Positions 51,997 through 64,000 of a stretch of DNA of 64,000 bases are shown here, piece after piece (the stretch's first letter is position 1; the number at the start of each line of letters is the position of its first letter). The notes beneath the pieces are model-generated. The model searched no databases. It saw nothing but the letters and a program-made list of their open reading frames with translations, and was not told the DNA's origin. This stretch comes from Octopus vulgaris. Taxonomy: Eukaryota. The position numbers and the translations under genes are program-made. The DNA is taken from NCBI GenBank assembly GCA_951406725.2, contig OX597817.1, forward strand, positions 125,488,001-125,552,000, written 5' to 3'.

Positions 51997-52250
51997 TAAT
52001 AAATAAATAAAACATATGCATATATACATACATATATGTACGTACCTACCTCTACATGTATATATACATGCATATATAGGTATAGGACACCAAAAAAACG
52101 TCGAACACAATGAGAAACGAAAACATAAACACAAAACCAAGGAAATGGACATTTTTTTAAAACAAGGAAAAAATAGAGTACAGGACATACAAAACAAGGA
52201 AAATTCCCCTTCTTCAGTCGCCTTAATTTCATCTACTCCACGTTTCGATA
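51995..52250 (-). mobile_element. Penelope-like terminal remnant between (TA)n tracts
   Basis: Reverse-complement homolog of 57400-57650. Confidence 0.6.
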
Positions 52251-52456
52251 TATATATATATATAAGTTGTTGAATGAATTATCTTAGTATGGATAATTCG
52301 GTTAACCGATACCCGGGTAGCAAATTCACGTCAGAAAAACACGGTTGAAGCTACATGCCAAGGACAGAGATCACGTGCTTTCGTGTGGAAATTTGTGTGT
52401 TTTTTTTAATACAAATAAATGAAAGAATGGAGTTGAACGACGATTTAACAAAATTC

Positions 52457-52546
52457 CTTTATTATCGACATATGTTTCGAAGACTGCATATTCCTAATTT
52501 CGAAGGAATAAGGGGTGCATTATGCCGCCTTCTCATCAGGAAAGAC
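52457..52546 (-). ncRNA. Type I hammerhead ribozyme motif (sense pLTR copy)
   Basis: Reverse complement of 54018-54107. Confidence 0.7.
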
Positions 52547-53098
52547 AAGGAACTTATGTCAGCATCATGATGAACAAAAACTTTTAGATGACTGCCCACA
52601 CGGAGTCCATAGCGATAATGAGTGTCTCTTTAAAATATTCCGTTATAAGCAGTGACGTCAAAAAATGGTTGAATGTAGAAGATTCTAGAAAGTCCAAGAG
52701 TTCAAACAGGGTTGGAAAGGGAGAGATCTAAGAATAGGAAGGTGACAAGGTGCAAGTCATATGAATGGTGATGTGTTGTTGTTTGGTTTTGCTAATGAGA
52801 TTGAGTGCCTATGTGTGTGTATGTATATAACTGCATTCGTGTCTATGTGTGTGTATGTGTGTGTGGTTGGGTAGATGCCAAAAACAACTAGTGGTGAAGT
52901 GACAGGTTTGTGTCTGTGTGTTTGATTGTGCTTACGATAGAGAGGGAGAGAGAGAGGAGGGAGAGGTAGAGAGACAAAGGTAAAACATACCCCAACGAAT
53001 TTGGTAGTAGTCCTTCATGAGTATAAAAATTTGTCTATGGTGGTGTTGTATAAGTGGAACCAAACTATTAAATTCAAGGGGGTTATCTATATTAATCA

Positions 53099-53488
53099 TC
53101 ATTCATATGAGTGAAAGGTGTGTTTTTGCCAGTGCATGCACCAATAGGAATTTTCAATCATTGTATTTACTGAAGGGAATTTGGCGAAAAGTATATGGAA
53201 GATTTCGGAATTACAGACGCCACAAAATTTTCTGCCCTTATCAAACGGAAAGGATACAGACAATATGGACCATTCCAGCTTGAAAGTTATATTGCTGTCC
53301 TTAAGACGCCAAACTAATTTACTTAGTCCTGTGCTTTGTTGTTTTCTCTTATCTCGGAAAGTTGAATAATGATTGGAAATCCTCTGGGCTAATTTTGAAG
53401 TAGTCGCCCTAATGTAGAAGAAGTCACCGGTACCGGAAGAAATTTTACACTGGTAAATGGAATTTCTGATTTTGGAATTGCTGGACAA
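53099..53488 (-). pseudogene. Penelope-type GIY-YIG endonuclease domain
   Basis: SIYQC..FYIR(G)AT..RISNH..STGLSKLVW.LK..W.I..CGVC..E..N..C.H. Confidence 0.85.
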
Positions 53489-54017
53489 GAACTTTAATCT
53501 GTTAGGGTTTACCTCCGAGACTAAGACGGAGTTTTTATTGTTATGATTGCTGTTAATATTATTGCTAGCATTGGGGTATGTTTTACCTTTGTTTCTCTAC
53601 TTCTCCCTCCTCTCTCTCTCCATCTCTCTATCGTAAGCACAATCAAACACACAGACACAAACCTGTCACTTCACCACTAGTTGTTTTGGCATCTACCCAA
53701 CCACACACACATACACACATAGACACGAATGCAGTTATATACATACACACACATAGGCACTCAATCTCATTAGCAAAACCAAACAACAACACATCACCAT
53801 TCATATGACTTGCACCCTGTCACCTTCCTATTCTTAGATCTCTCCCCTTCCAACCCTGTTTGAACTCTTGGACTTTCTAGAATCTTCTACATTCAACCAT
53901 TTTTGACGTCACTGCTTATAACGAAATATTTTAAAGAGATACTCATTATCGCTATGGACTCCGTGTGGGCAGTCATCTAAAAGTTTTTGTTCATCATGAT
54001 GCTGACATAAGTTCCTT

Positions 54018-54107
54018 GTCTTTCCTGATGAGAAGGCGGCATAATGCACCCCTTATTTCTTCGAAATTAGGAATATGCAGTCTTCGAAACATATGTCGAT
54101 AATAAAG
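54018..54107 (+). ncRNA. Type I hammerhead ribozyme motif with extended stem II
   Basis: CTGATGA (54025), GAAGGC.GCATA / TATGC.GTCTTC stem II, GAAA, palindromic CATATG, TC cleavage site. Confidence 0.7.
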
Positions 54108-54156
54108 GAATTTTGTTAAATCGTCGATCAACTCCATTCTTTCATTTATATATATA

Positions 54157-54533
54157 TACTTTTTTACTCTTATATGTTTTAGTCATTTGACTGCGGCCAT
54201 GCTGGAGCACGACCTTTAGTCGAGAAAATCGACCCCCGGACACATTCTTTGTAAGCCTAGTACTTATTCTATCGGTCTCTTTTGCAGAACCGCTAAGTTA
54301 CGGGGACGTAAGCACACCAGCATCGGTTGTCAAGCGATGTTGGTGGGGGGACAAACACAAACGCACAAACATGTACACACATACGTATATATATATACGA
54401 CTGGCTTCGTTCAGTTTCCGTCTACCAAATCCACTCACAAGGCTTTGTTCGGCCAAAGGATATAGTAGAACACACTTGCCCAAGGTGCCACGCAGAGGGA
54501 CCGAACCCGGAACTATGTGACTGGTAAGCAAGC

Positions 54534-54537
<4 letters not shown>
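54157..54537 (-). mobile_element. SINE family A
   Basis: Reverse complement of the family; many CpGs retained. Confidence 0.88.
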
Positions 54538-54575
<38 letters not shown>

Positions 54576-54581
<6 letters not shown>

Positions 54582-54779
54582 ACTTCATATTATTACTTCA
54601 TATTAGCGCTTTCAACTACTTCTGTACTTTCATCAGAAATGTCAGTTTAAAAATTTTTTTCCTGACATTTCTGTGGAAACTACAGGAGTAGTTGAAAGCG
54701 CTAATATGAAGTAATCATATGTGATATATAAATAAATATATATATTTACAACCATCCAGCATTCTGAACATCTTTTTTC

Positions 54780-54785
<6 letters not shown>
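54576..54785 (+). mobile_element. Hammerhead-bearing fold-back mini-element in (TA)n
   Basis: Arms 54592-54645 / 54662-54715; combined consensus CTGATGA-AACTAC-AGGA-GTAGTT-GAAA-GCGC-TA. Confidence 0.75.
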
Positions 54786-54831
<46 letters not shown>

Positions 54832-54834
<3 letters not shown>

Positions 54835-55270
54835 CGCAGGAGTGGCTTTGTGGTAAGTAGCTCGCTTAACAACCACAAGGCTCTGGGTTTAGTCCCACTC
54901 TTGGTTTAGTCCCACTGGAACCTTGGGCAAATGTCTTCGACTATATTCTCGGACCGACCAAATCCTTGTGAGTGGATTTGGTAGATGGGAACTGAAAGAA
55001 GCCTGTCGAAAATACATATATATGTGAGTGAGAGAGAGAGAGAGAGAGAGAGTGTGTGTATGTATGCATGTTTGTGTGTCTGTGTTTGTCTCCCCACCAT
55101 CTCTTGACAACCGATGGTGGTGTGTTTACGTCCTCGTAACTTTGTAGTTCGGCAAAAGAGACCGATAGAATAAGTACTAGGCGTACAAAGAATACGTCCT
55201 GGGAACGATTTGTTCAACTAAAAGCTGTGCCCCGGCATGGCCGCTGTCAAATATGACTGAAACAAATAAA
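54832..55270 (+). mobile_element. SINE family A
   Basis: Head GGCGCAGGAGTGGC, short internal duplication GGTTTAGTCCCACT, standard tail. Confidence 0.88.
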
Positions 55271-55899
55271 AAATAATATAATATATATAATATAATATAA
55301 TGTAAAGTATAGAAGCCATCTTATCATGGCTAACCACATTGGGGAGGGGGTGTTACTGTAGCTTTATAGCCCCAAGAGATCTTCGTCTCTAGCTGGCTCT
55401 AGACACAATATCTGTGTCCTTGGAGTATTTGCAAATATAATATAATGAAACAGAAAATTAGCAAGTCTTTATTCCCCATTGCACATGTTTCATCTGCTAA
55501 TAGGAATAACAAAATTGTACATGGATAAACATGCAAGAAATTTCCTATTCGATAATCTCCTCTGTGTCTGAAGAATTTCCAAAGGAAATTTCTTACATGT
55601 CCATCTAACATGTAGAACTTTGTGATTCCTATTAGCAGATAAAATGTGTGAAATAGTGAATAAATAATACCCAAAAGTTGTCCCACTTCCTGTTCTTCAA
55701 TATAACTCCACAAAGGCTGTTTCCTGAATTTTCAAATCTAATATGCACCTCACGTCAAGACAATGACAACAACTACATAATGGATTGTAATACTAGAATT
55801 AGATGATGTGCTTCGAGAAGGCAAGCTAAGATCTTAACCTACCTTTATAAGTACATAGAGAAGACCTGTATATAAATATTCACATTGTATCTTTACTAT

Positions 55900-56038
55900 C
55901 AGACCGGAAAGAGGCATTGAACGGAATCTCGCCCTATACAATTGCTTTGTTTATTTAAGCATGGCATTCGATAATATTAATCGAAATTATCTGTGGCTAA
56001 TTCTAAGGGAAGTAGGTTGCCCAGAAAAAATTGTAAAC
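55900..56038 (+). pseudogene. RTE (BovB-like) RT relic
   Basis: ERNLALYNCFVYLSMAFDNINRNYLWLILREVGCPEKIVN. Confidence 0.7.
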
Positions 56039-56510
56039 GGGCTGTGTGGTAAGTAGCTTGCTTACCAACCATATGGTTCCTTGTTCAGTCCCACTGTCAA
56101 TTTATCTCAAATTCTTTGTAAACTCCTAAATATATCTCCTTCTGTATATATATACCACCAAAATAAGACCTTTTTGAACTTATAATTTTCTGTGTATATA
56201 TATAGATACTTCCAAACAAACATGATTTTTAATGAAATCCTAATATTTTGTCAAGATTTTTCCTTGTAAACTGTTTTAACATTTTTCTTCTTATTATTAT
56301 TATCAAAGAATGTATATATGTATTTTGATAATTTGTGACAACCAGTATTTAACATAACAAAATTTTTACAAAGCTTTTACATTTTACTTTTGACAATATT
56401 TTTCTAAAAAAGTGAAACCGGTCAAGTGAATAAACACCTTTCAAAATTGCATTTTCAAACCTTCTTGCATATATATTTCCACTCGTGCGGTATCTTACAA
56501 CCTGACTTTG

Positions 56511-56614
<104 letters not shown>

Positions 56615-56892
56615 ATGTATGTATGCATGTATATGTAATATCTCGTTTTTATTTTTAAGATGGTAGGATATACTTCGCGAGAGATTTGATTACTATTTAT
56701 GGAGGTCGTGCACACATCTGAAAGCGCCATTATTAGCTAGTGACTCTTAATGTTTAACGAACAGGTAGATCTATGAACCTAATTTATAATGTATAGAATG
56801 TAACATCATAATGAAGGCATTACATTTTGACATTTTGATTTTTCCTATTTAGTCTTCAAATTTATTGAAGGTGAATAAGATATATATATATA

Positions 56893-57650
56893 TGATGACT
56901 TGTACCTTGTAAGCGAAATGGGAATTTTGCGCTTACTCTTCTCTGACTATCTCTCTCACACTCGTGTTCTTCATCCTTTCTGGTTTTCTCTCCCACCCAT
57001 CGCTATTCTTCTTCTTTCCCCTTCACCGTTCCCCTCTCTCACTCCTCCTCCCTCCTCCTCGACTCTCTAGTCGCTGACATGTGATGAGAGGAAATCTATC
57101 TTTCTGATTACTACCTTCGCAAAGACTAAACGGGCTTATACTGTCTCTTCATAAGCTAGATTCCTTAAACGTTCAGAATAATTTTTCATCGTCTTGGCTT
57201 AACAGCCCTCATCGTTTGCTTTTACTGTTTTGATCTCATTGTTCTGTCTTTTACTGCTTTTACTTTTTTATTGTTGTTACTGTTTTGTTCTCACTGTCCT
57301 CTTCTTGTTACCACTTTCACCCTTCCGCAAAAAATCTCAAATTGTATTTAATTTGCTTTGCGGGAAGGACTGTTTCAACGGAGTCGCGTTTTGTACATGC
57401 CTTCGGAACGTGGAGTAGTTGAAACAGAAACAACTGAAGAAGGGGAATATTCTTTATGTTATATGTCTCGTTTATCTGTTTATTTTTTTCGTTGTTCAAA
57501 AAAAGTTCGTTTCTATGTTTTTGTTTTTATGTTTTCGTTTCTCATTGAGATCAACGGTTTTTGATGTCCTGTACCCATATATGCCTGTATATATACATAT
57601 GTATGTAGGTTTGTACATATATGTAAGTATATATGCATATATTTATATAT
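56893..57650 (+). mobile_element. Penelope-like terminal region between (TA)n tracts
   Basis: Pyrimidine-rich 5' part, split hammerhead motifs near 57363-57468, homology to 51995-52250. Confidence 0.5.
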
Positions 57651-57666
57651 ATTATATATATATATG

Positions 57667-57731
<65 letters not shown>

Positions 57732-57749
57732 TGTATGTATATACATGCA

Positions 57750-58880
57750 GCTACTTAGCGAAGTTAACTTTTAGATTAGCGGATTAGCATTGTGCGCTAA
57801 CTTTGGAAACCTTTAGCAGACCAATTGGCTTCCGCTAAATGTAGTTCCGTTAACCTTAAGTCCGTTAACTAAATTCGTACGTTTGTTCCTGTTTGTTGTG
57901 GGCGCGAGTCAAAGAGTCTTGAAGGCTTGTTATTGGCTGACTACGTGTACACGTGAGAATATGTGATAGGTCGACGAAGCAGTATTGTGCAATTCTGCAG
58001 TTTTGAGTTGTTACATTATGGATAGTCACACAATGTCAGCGACAGCAGTGTACATTGTCGGCTTATCAAGTTATTGCATATCGTTATGGAAGGTGAAAAG
58101 CTTGAAGATGACGGGCCAGCTGAGGAGTCTGCAATAGCTGTGGCTGAGGTACAGATAACTTTCGTTAAGAGCCAGGAGGCTCAGAGCCCATGTCCCCACC
58201 TGGAGTACTACTTTGTCCTTATGCCAGGGGATAAGAGGAAAACCAAAATTCTGCACTTCCGGTGCAAGGAGACCACCATCAAGGGACAAGCGGTGAGTCG
58301 CATGTCAAGAGCAAACACCCAGCACATACCTTCCAGTTTGAGGAGAGGATCAAGGCCAGCTCTTTCTGTGGGAAACACAAGCTATCTTCTTGGAGCAGTG
58401 CCAGTAGCCAATCGTGACAGCCATATGCAAAGAAAGCAGGCTAGCCCAACATTGGTGAAGTGTTTGCCCAAAATGCTGACACTAGCATCGGTCAGTCTAC
58501 GGTGGACCGAAGGATTGTAGATCTTGTTTGTCGACAACATTCGACCACTGCATACAGGGGAGCCCTCCAGCTTTGTCGGTCTGATCAAGACGCTAAACTC
58601 CAGTAAGGCGTCGATGCCTCATTGCACTTTGGGAAGAATGATCTTGGCCAGCCATAAATAGCTGGAGGAGTATCTTACAAGGCATTTACAAATTAAAATT
58701 CTACAAGATTATTAAATTATTATCATTATGGCGTACTTCATATTTTCTTAATTTAATTTAATGATCTGATTATTTATTAAATAGTTATTTTCCTAATTAA
58801 AGTAATAAAATTTAATAAAAGTCATAAAATAAAGGTAATAAAATAGCTAATTGAAAGAAATGTCATAATATATGATATAC

Positions 58881-58935
<55 letters not shown>

Positions 58936-60060
58936 CACTCATTATTAAGTCTGCACAGCCAAAACAGCAGTCTTTAATGAAATAGCGAATAAACGAACAT
59001 TAAGTTCTGAACTCATGAAATTCCAACCATTATTCCATCCCCCAATTCGGTTATACAGGACGCCGCTCAACGCGTCATCTATTAGGGTAATGTAAATATT
59101 TTCAAAAGTTTAATAACAACGTTTTTAATAATAAGTAATTTTTCCATGAATCTCGAACAGCCTAGTAACAAATGTTAAACTATAGTCTATGTAATTTCTA
59201 TAAACAAAATATGGTTATAAGATACTGCGATCAAATGCCCTGCCTCATTTCTACCCGCGAAAAATTGTACAAGCCACGTTCTAATGAAAATGATTTCAGT
59301 TTGCGTGGCGATGCAGATGAGAGGCTATTTCTTTATAGGAAGTTTTGATCATACTCGGCGTCAGTTCATAAATGTATATATTTAAGTTTTTAACTTTGGA
59401 AACCTTTACAACTTAAGGCTCTTTACAATTTAACATATTTTGATTAGAGATTGCTCAAGGATGTCCCCTGGTTGGCGACCACCGCGGACAGCTGGTCGAC
59501 CCGCAACAGGTCCTACCTGGGGATGATGACATACTGGCAGGACCCCAAGACTCGCAAAAGACAACACACTGTCCTGGCCTGCTATCGGCCCAGATGACAT
59601 AACACCGTTGATGTTCTCGCCCAGACCATGGTGGACACCCATTGCAAATTCCATCTGCAAGACAAGGTGATCAGGGCCACGACGAACAACGGCAAAACGT
59701 GTGTCAATGGATTTATGCAGTTTGGTACAGAAGTTGAACACTTGCCAGACATTCTTGAGGCTGCTGCTGATGTGGACGTGAAGGGCGTTGAGGATGTGGA
59801 CATGGACGTGGATCCCAAAGCTGGGGATGTGGACGAAGTTGAGTACATCTCTGTTGATATCGTCCTTGATGAATTCAGCGGCCTGGGCCTCAACCTGCCA
59901 GTGTACATGAAGTGCTCAGCCCATACCTTCAACTGGTAGCCAGTGTAGATGCCGACAAGGCTCTTGGCAGTGCTTCGTTCAAGTCAGTCTATAGGAAAGC
60001 TTTGTCCAAGGCACACCGGCTGTGGAATCTGCAGAGCGCAGCTCGGTGGCGGCAGACATA
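57750..60060 (+). mobile_element. Decayed hAT (Ac/hobo/ZBED-like) transposon
   Basis: Subterminal TTAGC/GCTAA repeats; BED-finger remnant (SHVKSKHP); ATTADSWS, RATTNNG and KCSAHTF (CxxH) motifs; frameshifts. Confidence 0.85.
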
Positions 60061-62199
60061 CATCTCTTCATCTGTTACTTATGAATTCATTCTCCATTCA
60101 CTGCCTGATTGTAAGTCCATTGTACATAATCTATGCGTTGTTATTTACAGAGCTTTTCTTCCTGTGTTTTATAATTTATTTCTCTGGAAACCAATTCAAT
60201 AGTTCTCCAGATAAATGTAATGGAAATTTTGATTATGTGAAGTCTTCATACAAGATAAAGAAAAAGGGACAGCAAAGGCAGGTCAGTGGATGCTTTGTCT
60301 GGGGATAGAGCAGAGCAAGCTTGTGATTTTAGAAGGGAATTGCCCTTCAAAGTGAAGTAGTTGATAGGGTTCTAAAAAGAACTGAGAACCATGTTGTTGT
60401 AAAGCAAATTCCTTAACCACACATGCTTGCACCTGTCGGTGTAAAATATTTAAAAAAATAAATAGCATCAAGGAAAAGTAATCGTTAAAAAATAAACAAA
60501 ATGAACTTCTAAATATAAATGTTAGTGGCAAGTTGAGAGAAAGCAACTACGTAGTGTTTTGTTGACTCCAACAACTGTCACTATTTATGATATAGCATGA
60601 AACACATGAAGTATATAATCTAATTCAAATATAAACTCAATTCTTTATGCGTTTTATTATTATTATTATTATTATTACTATTATTATTATTATTGTTGTT
60701 GTTGTTGTTGTTATTATTATTATTATTATCTTTTCCTGTTTTGTTTTACTATTATTTCCACATATTCTGACACTTAGTTATCTAGATAAGTGTTGTGTAT
60801 GGCTTATTTCAAATTAAATTTATATATGTTAGTTTATTAGTTATCTTTAAAAATTTATTATCTTTGTGTTATTCTCTCTTTATAGAAAAAATATAGCAGC
60901 AACAAACATATTAACCAACAAACAAACAACCAATGAAAATACAGAAAAAAGAAAAGTATATATTTATGTACGTGTGTGTTTACACACACACACAATCACA
61001 AACAGACAAACACACACACAAACACACGTGTATGTATATATAAGCACAATTCCTTAGCTTCCACAATTTCAATTTACGATTTCATTATTCTCAAGTGTAA
61101 ATCATAGATATATATGCATATAAATCTCACAGATCTGACATTATTTTATATTTTATAGTAGCAAGACTGAATTTTATAATCACTTAGCATTTCCTTTCGT
61201 TTTCCTTTCAGTTTTACCTTCATCCTAATCTCAAATTTCTCTGTCTAGCTCCTGATTTAAAGTGTTTATGGAAATGTTTGCAAAAGTTACACTACTTTAA
61301 GTTTTCAACAAAAATATTTCAAATCAGCTTTGACAATTCAGAATCATTATGCAAAGGTTTATAATAAATAAATAAAAATATATAACATCACCCACAAAAA
61401 AAATGCAAAATCTGTTGATTTATTAAAATATGGTGATGATTTAAAAGAAATGTAATATATTCAACAAAAGTTAAACAACCAAATTCACAAGTAATTCCCA
61501 TTTTCATTCTTAATAACATGCTATGGAAATGAACTGATAACAATAAACAATAACTCTCTTACGACAAATGCTACTTTTTGATGTGAGTTTTGTCTGAAAC
61601 ACTCACATATTTTGTAACAAGTAAAAAAAAAAAGGTTTCATCCGACGTTAATTAATTAATTCTTATCTGAGCCTAAACGAGTGTTAAACAAAAATAAGTG
61701 AAGCAACACATTGGAATGTAATAATTTAATTGATTGAAACCATATTTGTTGTAAAAGATATTTATGAATTACAAAGCCTTTAAAAATATTTTTCTTTTAT
61801 CTTTTGTTCATCTCAATATTTTCATGTTGATATGAAAGGGTTTTGAGTTAACACACAATTTGTTAAATGTATAAAACAATGATACTTCATAGAGTCTATG
61901 AAGCAATTTCCTGCTTTATGTGCGAATGCAGAAAGATTTTTTTTTCTTAATTCTAACACTTAAATAATAGTTTAATCTATTTAAAACTAAAAGACAACAA
62001 GGTTTGATATAAACAGAAAATACTTAATTTTTTGTATATGGAGCTAATAACTTTTATAGGTTACAAAGGGAATTTATCCCACTTGAAGGGAATTATATAT
62101 GAAGATTTTGTCTGAAGTGCAAAGCTGCATGACAGATAAACGTAGAGTTGGTATGATGGTTGAAAAAAAAATGAAGCAAGCATGCTCCACTGGATATAT

Positions 62200-62525
62200 A
62201 ATATTAGGGTGAATGAGTCAAAGTGAATAAATATGGCATAAGAAAGATTGGGTGTAGGAGGAATCAGATATAGTGTGCAAGAGAGAAGACTGCATTGGCA
62301 TGGACATGTAATGCCTATGGAGTGTGAGAGTTTGATGAAGCAGAGCTAAACAGTCCAAGTGGAAGCAACCTGTAGAAGATGCATACAAAGGAAGTTATAT
62401 TTGAAAGAAATGGTGATACATAATTTCAAGAGGTTGGATCTTATGAAGGAGAGAACAAAGGAATACAAGGGGTGAGACAAAATACTGAAAAAGCCTGTCC
62501 AATACATGGAAGTATGGAAAACAAA
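62200..62525 (+). pseudogene. Highly decayed RTE C-terminus
   Basis: NEASMLHW..LGVGGIRYSVQERRLHWHGHVM. Confidence 0.65.
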
Positions 62526-63004
62526 CATCAACACACATACACACTCACGCACGCGCACACACATGCTTACAAATATGAATATATACGCACACATACACAC
62601 ATATACATCAAAAAGTTCCTAAACTTACTCTGCTATATTTAACACAATGCCTCTTAAACACACGGTATGTAGACAGCTATAATCTCAGAGTAAATTGTAA
62701 TGAATATTAATGCCACAGTTCAAATGCATATTGCAATGGTGGCAATGTCCTCCAAACAACTGTCATAATGAATTCACAGAACTTTTTGAAGATAATATGA
62801 TACCACGTGTTTGTTTTTCTATTTCTTTTGTGCTACATTCTTGTTCTCATTCATCTGAATTATTGCTATAATCTTTTCTAATCATCTCATAGTTCCATTC
62901 TTGAACTGCTAGCTGTACACACAAAAGTTTATACTTCTGCAGTAGCTGAACTTCTGGCAAAGAATGAATGGTATGATAGCTTTTCTACGTAGAGAGAAGG
63001 GTTT

Positions 63005-63082
<78 letters not shown>

Positions 63083-63093
63083 GGTGTGTGTGT

Positions 63094-63396
63094 TGGAGGT
63101 GCAATGGCCCAGTGGTTAGGGCAGCGGACTCACGGTTGTAGAATCGCGGTTTCAATTCCCAGACCAGGCATTGTGAGTGTTTATTGAACGAAAACACCTA
63201 AAGCTCCACGACGTTCTGGAAGGGGGTGGTGGCGATCCCTGCTGTACTCCTTCGCCACAACTTTCTCTCACTCTTTCTTCTGTTGGCCTGCTCACTTAGT
63301 CAGCGGGGTGGCGCCATTTGAAGGCTAAAACAATGCGAAGCGCATTGTGACCAGCGATGTGTAGCAACATCTGATAGCCTGGTTAGTCACGGTGAT
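63094..63396 (+). mobile_element. tRNA-derived SINE (a third family)
   Basis: A box TGGCCCAGTGG, B-box-like GGTTTCAATTCC, GC-rich body, flanked by (TG)n and (TA)n. Confidence 0.75.
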
Positions 63397-63881
63397 ATAT
63401 ATATATATATGAGAGAGTGACCACTCTGTGGTTAACTCTAGTGCTAAAAATAGCCCCGTTACTGGTATAGCCAGTAAAATTGTTTCCAAGAAGAAATAAC
63501 ACTACATTTAACGTAAGGTAAGTGAAATATAACGAAAAATAGATTAACCCTGAACAATTGTTTCATTATTAATGTAATATGCAATTGTACTTACACAACA
63601 TCTATAAATCTTCAGCAGTCTTAAGTACAATTTATTAGATCGCACGAGCGTCAAATACACGTGTGGTTTAATCAATTGTATTCGTAGTAATGATTCAAAT
63701 TCCCCCGCCAAAAGAGTGATAAGACTCACTGGAAACGAATACTGCATAAAATATTTACTGCAGTATAATTAAATTTATAAATAAATTATGTATAAATTTG
63801 TATTGTATCCCTGGTTTTTATGTGCTAAGCCACTTGGTGTTAAATTGATGGTATTATTAAATTTATAAATATATTTATAAA

Positions 63882-63926
<45 letters not shown>

Positions 63927-64000
63927 TCATCATCACCATCATCATCATATTCGTCATTTAACATCTGTTTTCCATGTCATCATGGGTTAGACAGTTTGAC

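Larger units (their letters stand above)
52262..54149 (-). mobile_element. 5'-truncated Penelope-like element with an inverted pLTR copy, in (TA)n
   Basis: About 580-bp near-identical inverted arms (52415-52995 / 53571-54149) around a GIY-YIG ORF; a hammerhead in each arm. Confidence 0.9.

Overview
AT-rich, microsatellite-dense eukaryotic DNA, intronic or intergenic. The SINE/LINE repertoire looks like an octopus or other coleoid cephalopod genome (inference, not proven). No intact host gene is recognisable; there are only weak candidate exons. The window is a layered transposon landscape: RTE LINE fragments, a CR1/L2-group LINE 3' half, R4/Dong-type RLE LINEs stacked in (TAA)n, Penelope-like elements (GIY-YIG plus hammerhead motifs) in (TA)n, tRNA-derived SINEs, mariner and hAT relics, and piggyBac-, Merlin- and Tigger-like MITEs. 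Most notable: (1) a near full-length 5S rRNA fused to the 3' tail of a LINE present in the same window (SINE3-like); (2) a TSD-bounded tRNA-headed SINE ending in a minimal hammerhead ribozyme; (3) several unrelated hammerhead-bearing fold-back elements in (TA)n, one holding 170 bp of neighbouring DNA between its arms; (4) repeated local templated insertions and (TA)n-centred inverted duplications; (5) a tandem element whose terminal hairpin loop occurs in flip and flop forms. All coordinates and identities were read by eye and boundaries are approximate.
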